A stretch of DNA of 64,000 nucleotides. It comes from Asterias rubens. Lineage: Eukaryota. The translations under genes and the position numbers were made by a program. The notes under the pieces were generated by a model. That model saw only the letters and a list, made by a program, of their open reading frames with translations, searched no databases and had not been told where the DNA came from. The stretch covers positions 9,052,001 through 9,116,000 of the forward strand of contig NC_047082.1 in NCBI RefSeq assembly GCF_902459465.1, written 5' to 3'. Positions 58,522-64,000 of this stretch are shown piece after piece; positions within the stretch are counted from its first letter, which is position 1, and the number at the start of each line of letters is the position of its first letter.

Positions 58522-60153
58522 AGAACTAGACATTAAGTGTTTGTGAACAAACACGAAGCTGTTCCGTGATGTTTTGCTTGGATTATGTGCTTCATTGCCC
58601 AAGGAATATATAACTGGAAAAAAAAGTTTCAAAAAAGTTGTGTAGCTCTTGGTATTAGGTCACACTTCCCGGTTGACCCACAAGTAAAGGTCAAAATGGG
58701 CCCACAGCTACCAAAGACTAATCTGCAATGCCAAGGAGTCTATAACTGAAAAAGTTTAAGCAATCGGTTGTGAAGATCTTGATATATAGTCCCACTTCCG
58801 GTTGCCCAGAAGTAGAGGTCAACATAGGGTCACAGTTTTTCAAAGTTAATATTTATTGCCTTAGAGTCTATAACTGAAGTTTGAACATTGGCTTTGTACT
58901 TCTCGAGATATTGGCACACTTCCGGTCGACCCGGAAGTAAAGGTCAACATGGGGTCAAATGTGTTTCAAACTAATCTTGAATGTCCAAGGAGTCTATAAC
59001 TGAAAAAAGTTTGAAAATCGGTTGTATATTTCTTGAGATATGGTCCCACTTCCGGTTGACCCGGAAGTAGAGGTCAACTTGAGGTCACGGTTTGTCAAAA
59101 GTTATATTTTTATGCCTAAGGAGTTTATAACTGAAAAAAGTTTTATAATCTGTTGTATAGTTCTTGAGATATGGTCCCACTTCCGGCCGACCCTGAAGTA
59201 GGGGTCAACTTGAGGTCACGATTTTTCAAATTTAATCTCCAATCCCCAAAGAGTGTTTAGCAACAAACAGTCTTAAAATCGGCTGTATACTTCTTGAGAT
59301 ATGGTGCTGCAAAGATTTTCTGATTGAATATGCAAATGAGGGTCATGAGATTAATTAGTTACTAGTTGCCATTTTTCAAAAACAAATTAAAGATGCAAAC
59401 ATCACGACATCGTGTTCTCAGACTCTCCCCAAGCGTCCTCAACCCAAAGGTCCGCAGTGTGTTGCAAGAGCCATAGAGATGTTTAAACATTGCAATGAAA
59501 GTGACTGCACCCAATTTATGAAGTACTACGTTGTACCCATGATGCCAAGATTCTAATTGATTAATTAATTAATAGACGAACATTGATTGCTTTTATGGAC
59601 TGAAACAAATCTTATTAGAATCAGTGTATTTTTCTACACATAATATGATATTTAGGAAACTAAGAAATAAATTATTTCGAAGTTATTGTGTTTTTGACCA
59701 GTTTAAAGTATAGATTTGAAGAGCCATTGTGTTTGTGCACAGACACAATACGTGCATTAAATGACGTCATGGTGACGTCGTCCGAAATGTTATGTCAGAA
59801 ATCACCTTAACAGGACCTGACTAGTGTATAGCTGAAAAAAGTTTTTAGGATCGGCGGTCTACTTTTTGAGATATGGTGTTAACTAGGTTTGCTAATTAGA
59901 TATTCATAAGCTTAACTAAGGCTTATTAATTAACAATTTTAATTTTTTTTTACGATAAGAATTAAGCTTATGTTCTAAGCTTCAATTTGGTATAATAAAC
60001 TCACTCTTTCGTATTATGGTTTAGGAGATTAGGCTGCCACAAAAACGTGTACAAACACTATGGGATTTAGGGAGAAACAAAGAATAATAATAAAAACAAT
60101 AAAAATCTAGACGAAAACAATACCTGTTCCGACGGACGGTCGGAACAGCTAAT
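58522..60153 (+). mobile_element. Helentron/HINE-like non-autonomous element carrying a ~130-bp tandem array
   Basis: 5' palindrome gtgtttgt-ga-acaaacac (58537-58554); array ~58600-59305 with ACTTCC anchors at 58664, 58794, 58918, 59048 and 59179; 3' hairpin ctgttccgac-ggacg-gtcggaacag (60124-60148); T/A-rich flanks. Confidence 0.65.
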
Positions 60154-60164
60154 TAATACGATTT

Positions 60165-60513
60165 AAAAATGCTATGTCAGATTTGTGGCCAATTTGACCC
60201 AAAAATTTTGATTTAAAATTCAATAGGTATTTTGATGGGGGTAGAGAAAGATACAAGCTTTCATTTGAGCCATTGCTCGAAAAAGTCCGCCAATTATTAG
60301 TAGCAGTGAAATAAAGTGCTCAAAATTAATTTTTGTCGGGATCCCGACTTCATAAGAAACGTTTTAAATTTTTGTCATGGTTCCTGACCATTGAAGTAAA
60401 AGTTGAACCTTTTTTCGTTAGAGCGGGTGATACTCTTTGAAATACCATTCACTCAAAAAAAAAATACCATTCACTCAATGTTTGGGGCCAAAAATCTGAC
60501 AGAGCATCTTTAA
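60165..60513. mobile_element. TTAA-type MITE abutting family D copy
   Basis: aaatgctatgtcagattt(g)tggcc at the left and ggccaaaaatctgacagagcatct-ttaa at the right; shares the TTAA at 60510 with the next element. Confidence 0.6.
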
Positions 60514-61647
60514 AGCCATTGGACCTTTTCGGTAAACAGTATTATCCAAGTCCCACACTTCGTGTATCACAACTTATATATAAAACAACAAACCTGTGAA
60601 AATTTAGGCTCAATCGGTCATCGGAGTCGGGAGAAAAAAAACGGGAAAACCCACTCTTGTTTTCGCGCGTTTCGCCGTGTCATGACATGTGTTTAAAATA
60701 AATCCGTAATTCTCGCTAACGAGAATTTATATTGTTTTACCGTTTTCTCAAAAAGTAAAGCATTTCATGGACTAATATTTCAAGAGAAGTCTTTCACCAT
60801 TACCTTCTGTAAACCCTGTAAATTAATTGTAAATCTGTGAACTTTTTTTTGTTTTTGTGTACCGAAAGGGTCCAATGGCTTTAACATGTAATGGTTTTCT
60901 GTTTGTTGTTGTTATAGATAAATATTTTTAACATGTCTTCTAACCATGTTCTAATAAATGATTTTTATAATTAATAAACAATATAAACAAAATTATTGTT
61001 AATATACTAGGAGTGGATTCAGATGGCACATTTGACTCTTTAATTTCATTTTTTTTTTTTTTTTTTTCCGCCGACTGGTTTAGACCACCAAATGTGGGCG
61101 AGCTTTGTACATTTCCCTAATAATAATAATAATAATGCAGATTAGTGCTGTGCTGCTTGCATTATGTGCCCCCCCCCCCCATTTTTTGTTTTAACAAAAG
61201 CCCTGGATCCGCAAGAATGATCTACGTTTTCAAGGTTTTTCTATCTCACTTCTACACATTATTTTGAAATTACCATTCTTTGACTTTTCGTTTGGTGAAT
61301 AAAATTGAAATGAAATTAATGTAAGATAATTAATTTTTGTTTCGAAGAAAAATGTCTGATCCGTGACCGACTTCAGTTTAAATATCGACCGGGTGGGAGT
61401 TCGCATGACCTGCCCTCAACGATTATATAACAAATCAGTGAGTCGCAATGTTTGATTTCGACTAGAAACTCTTTTCCCGGTTTTCTCTTTTATTAATTTT
61501 CTGTTTTCACGTGAAGCTCCAATAATGAGCAGTCTGCCGAGTTATTTCAAACAGCCCCAGGGCTTGTAAAGCAGTGTTTAGCTAAAATACGTTACCCTGC
61601 GAAATCTCAGGCATGTCCATTCGTACTTGCGTTCATTATTGCGGTTT

Positions 61648-62382
61648 TTACAGTTCAAAGAAGGAGCAGCCCTCAATGTTCTTGAAATCAGCGACGCCAG
61701 CCTCCAGGCGGGATGCGTTGTTAAGCTGACATATCTTGCCCTGCTGCCAGAGATTGAAGGAGTGGCATCGAGGCTCCGCCCAGCACGCCTGACCACACCC
61801 AACGACTCCCTTGGCCGTCAGGTTCTTGATGTCATGGTTGAGCAGACACCGAGATGTAAAGAGACCGTCATCGTCAGCCGTCAGGCAGTACACGGGATGA
61901 GGGACGCGCATTTCACAAGCAGCGAAAAAGGTAGCGGAACAAGGGCAATCGTCCCAATCACCGCTGTTCGACAGCATTCTGACGCAGTCGTCTGATCCTC
62001 GACAGCACCCCTTTCTCCAATTAGTGTAGTCGGAATCAACTTTCTTACCAGGGCACGACAGTTGTCTAGGATTGGTCCGATTTTCCTTGCACCCAATCCA
62101 AAGTTCAAAGTCACCTTCTTCAATTGGATTATTTTGTGTCCCCTGTCTTTTCATTTCTCGCCAAATAAAATCTTGTTCTTTTTGAGATTCAGGCATAGCA
62201 ATGGCGCTTCCAGGACGATCACAAGCCCTGAACGCATCAGTCCAATTCATCTTCTGAGGCAGTAAGATGTAGCAGGAGTCTTGCCATGTCACCCATCCGG
62301 GAGGACACGCAGCTTCAAGAGTAACGAAGATGGTAAAGAGGCAGCTCAGGATAACTGTCTTCAAAGAAGTAATCTTAGACAT
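61648..62382 (-). CDS. Secreted C-type lectin-like domain + PAN/apple domain protein, single coding exon, 244 aa
   Basis: Signal peptide (MSKITSLKTVILSCLFTIFVTLEA), CTLD (CPPGW...SCY...W..A...C...WIG...NW...C.....W.D..C...F.ACE), then a PAN-like domain (CLLNH...CGQACWAEPRCHSFNL...CQLNN). Confidence 0.9.
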   Translation of the reverse strand: MSKITSLKTVILSCLFTIFVTLEAACPPGWVTWQDSCYILLPQKMNWTDAFRACDRPGSAIAMPESQKEQDFIWREMKRQGTQNNPIEEGDFELWIGCKENRTNPRQLSCPGKKVDSDYTNWRKGCCRGSDDCVRMLSNSGDWDDCPCSATFFAACEMRVPHPVYCLTADDDGLFTSRCLLNHDIKNLTAKGVVGCGQACWAEPRCHSFNLWQQGKICQLNNASRLEAGVADFKNIEGCSFFEL

Positions 62383-64000
62383 CTTGAATCAGAACGTTGA
62401 TGAAAGTTCTACCTCAGTGAGCAGTTATAATTGAGTTTTCTTCTTAACGTTTTTCTGCAGAGACAGTCACTGAAGAATCGACGTTTCAAAAGATTGATAA
62501 AATGAATTGTCAAATAATTATATGCAATGATTTATGAAACAGTTTTTGTTTACTTATTTTTATCAAAGCAACGACTGCGATGGTGTTCGTGTATCCATAC
62601 ACCACTTCTCAACGATTTTAAAAATTGGTCTTGTCTCTCCAAAACCCAACTGGAAAGTAATTTTGAATGACCAGAAGCCGCACCTACTCTAATCATAACA
62701 GTCATGGCCTTAGAATAATAAAACAAGAAGACAACAAAGACACACGAACCTCAGGCGCGTGGAAATAATTACTCGGTCATGGTTAATATTCTTAAAGGTG
62801 TACAGCAGGCGCTCAACTTGTTTAAAAAGAGTATTATAAGAAATAAGTTTACTAGCCGGTTTCTCAACTTCCACGGTTTAGCAAATAATTTTCTTAGACG
62901 GGGGAGGACGCGTGCGTGCGTGCGTGCAGGTGAGAGTCAAATTTTACAATGAACAACGATATGCCAGTTATAATCTTGACGACGCATCCTCTTTAAGGCA
63001 TTTTTTACTAACTGTAGCATTTCTAAAAGAAGATTGACTTACCTTTCGGTGTCAGTTATTAATTAAGTTACCAGCAGGACCAGTTGATGTTGATTGGCTT
63101 TGCAAAATAAAAACCGCACGCCTTTTATGACAAACGCGGCACGTATCGATTTATTTTGTTGGTCTTTGAAGCTCGGTGAACAAAAATCCTTGGAGATAGA
63201 TGAGGACGTTGGGAGCAAAATATGACGAATTGTCACCCAGCATGCCGCCTTGTTGCTTCTGCTGACGGTAATTGATGTCTCATTTTTTGTTTAATAAGTG
63301 AGTGCTGTCAAGGGGGATTGCAAGTGTAAGCCTATATTATCGCCCTAGCCTGAACATCTGACGTCACCTTTGGATGCTCGTGAACAACTTGCGGATAAAA
63401 GCAGGGGCCCATCTGAATAATTGTTGTCGGGTGTAAAAAAAAAAAAAAATAAAATAAAAAACATTAAGCACCTTCGGTAATTGTCAAAGACCAGCTGGTG
63501 TATCCTAACGTTAGTGTATCCCAAAATTGCATCGGTAACAAGCCTGTGAAAATTTGGACGCAATTGGTCATCGAAGTTGCAAGATAATGATGAAAGAAAA
63601 AACACCCTTGTTGTATTACTTCGTGTGCTTTCAGATGCACAATAAAGGGCTTGAGACCCAAAGTTGTTTAATTATTTGAGTGAGAAATTACCTCTTTCTC
63701 AAAAACTACGTAACTAGTTAGAGGGAGCCGTTTCTCGTAATGTTTTATACTATCAACAGCTCTCCATTACTCGTTATACCAAGTAAGTTTGAATGTTAAC
63801 AATTGTTTTGAATAACCAATAGTGTCCAGTGCCTTTAGGCAGTACCAAGTTTAATCGTGGGGGTAGGTTGAATGGAGGTTTATGACAGTGGGTAAGAAAC
63901 ATTTTTAAATAGTCGATAATAAAAGATACAATTATGATTGCAACGATAGAGAGGGCTTCCGATAAGTACCTCCGGTGAAAAGATTAATCACTGGTGCCAA

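Noticed and set aside
61627-61995. 122-aa plus-strand ORF overlapping the lectin gene
   Set aside because: Antisense shadow of the GC-richer coding sequence; no domain signature.
63225-63420. Possible two-exon plus-strand mini-gene
   Set aside because: Joining the apparent donor and acceptor gives an immediate stop; no recognisable product.

Overview
AT-rich, intron-rich animal genomic DNA. The repeat landscape suggests an echinoderm, probably a sea star (inference from repeat style, not proven). I reconstructed seven protein-coding genes by hand from GT-AG splice sites and reading phase. (1) An ENPP6/7-like secreted phosphodiesterase (minus strand, 3' end off-window) that carries an in-frame TGA inside an otherwise intact exon. 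(2) A BTB-BACK-Kelch gene (minus). (3) IQANK1-like (plus). (4) A calpain with an MGCGAS acylation start, an intact C-H-N triad and no PEF domain (minus). (5) PAK1IP1/Mak11 (minus), head-to-head with (6) RAE1 (plus). (7) An intronless signal peptide + C-type lectin + PAN/apple gene (minus). Introns and spacers are packed with non-autonomous elements: more than 25 TTAA-flanked Kolobok-like MITEs, palindromic Harbinger-like MITEs, tRNA/CORE-type SINEs, L2 3' ends, a 2.94-kb foldback element in RAE1 intron 6, and a Helentron/HINE-like element with a ~130-bp satellite array. The most interesting signals are the ENPP stop codon and Ser nucleophile, the large foldback, two dispersed families of Penelope-type hammerhead-like motifs, a MITE whose arms carry CTCF-like motifs, the acylated calpain, the non-canonical lectin-PAN protein, and four tandem duplications that each copy an exon boundary. 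I found no rRNA, genuine tRNA or CRISPR array. All coordinates were read by eye and may be off by a few bases.
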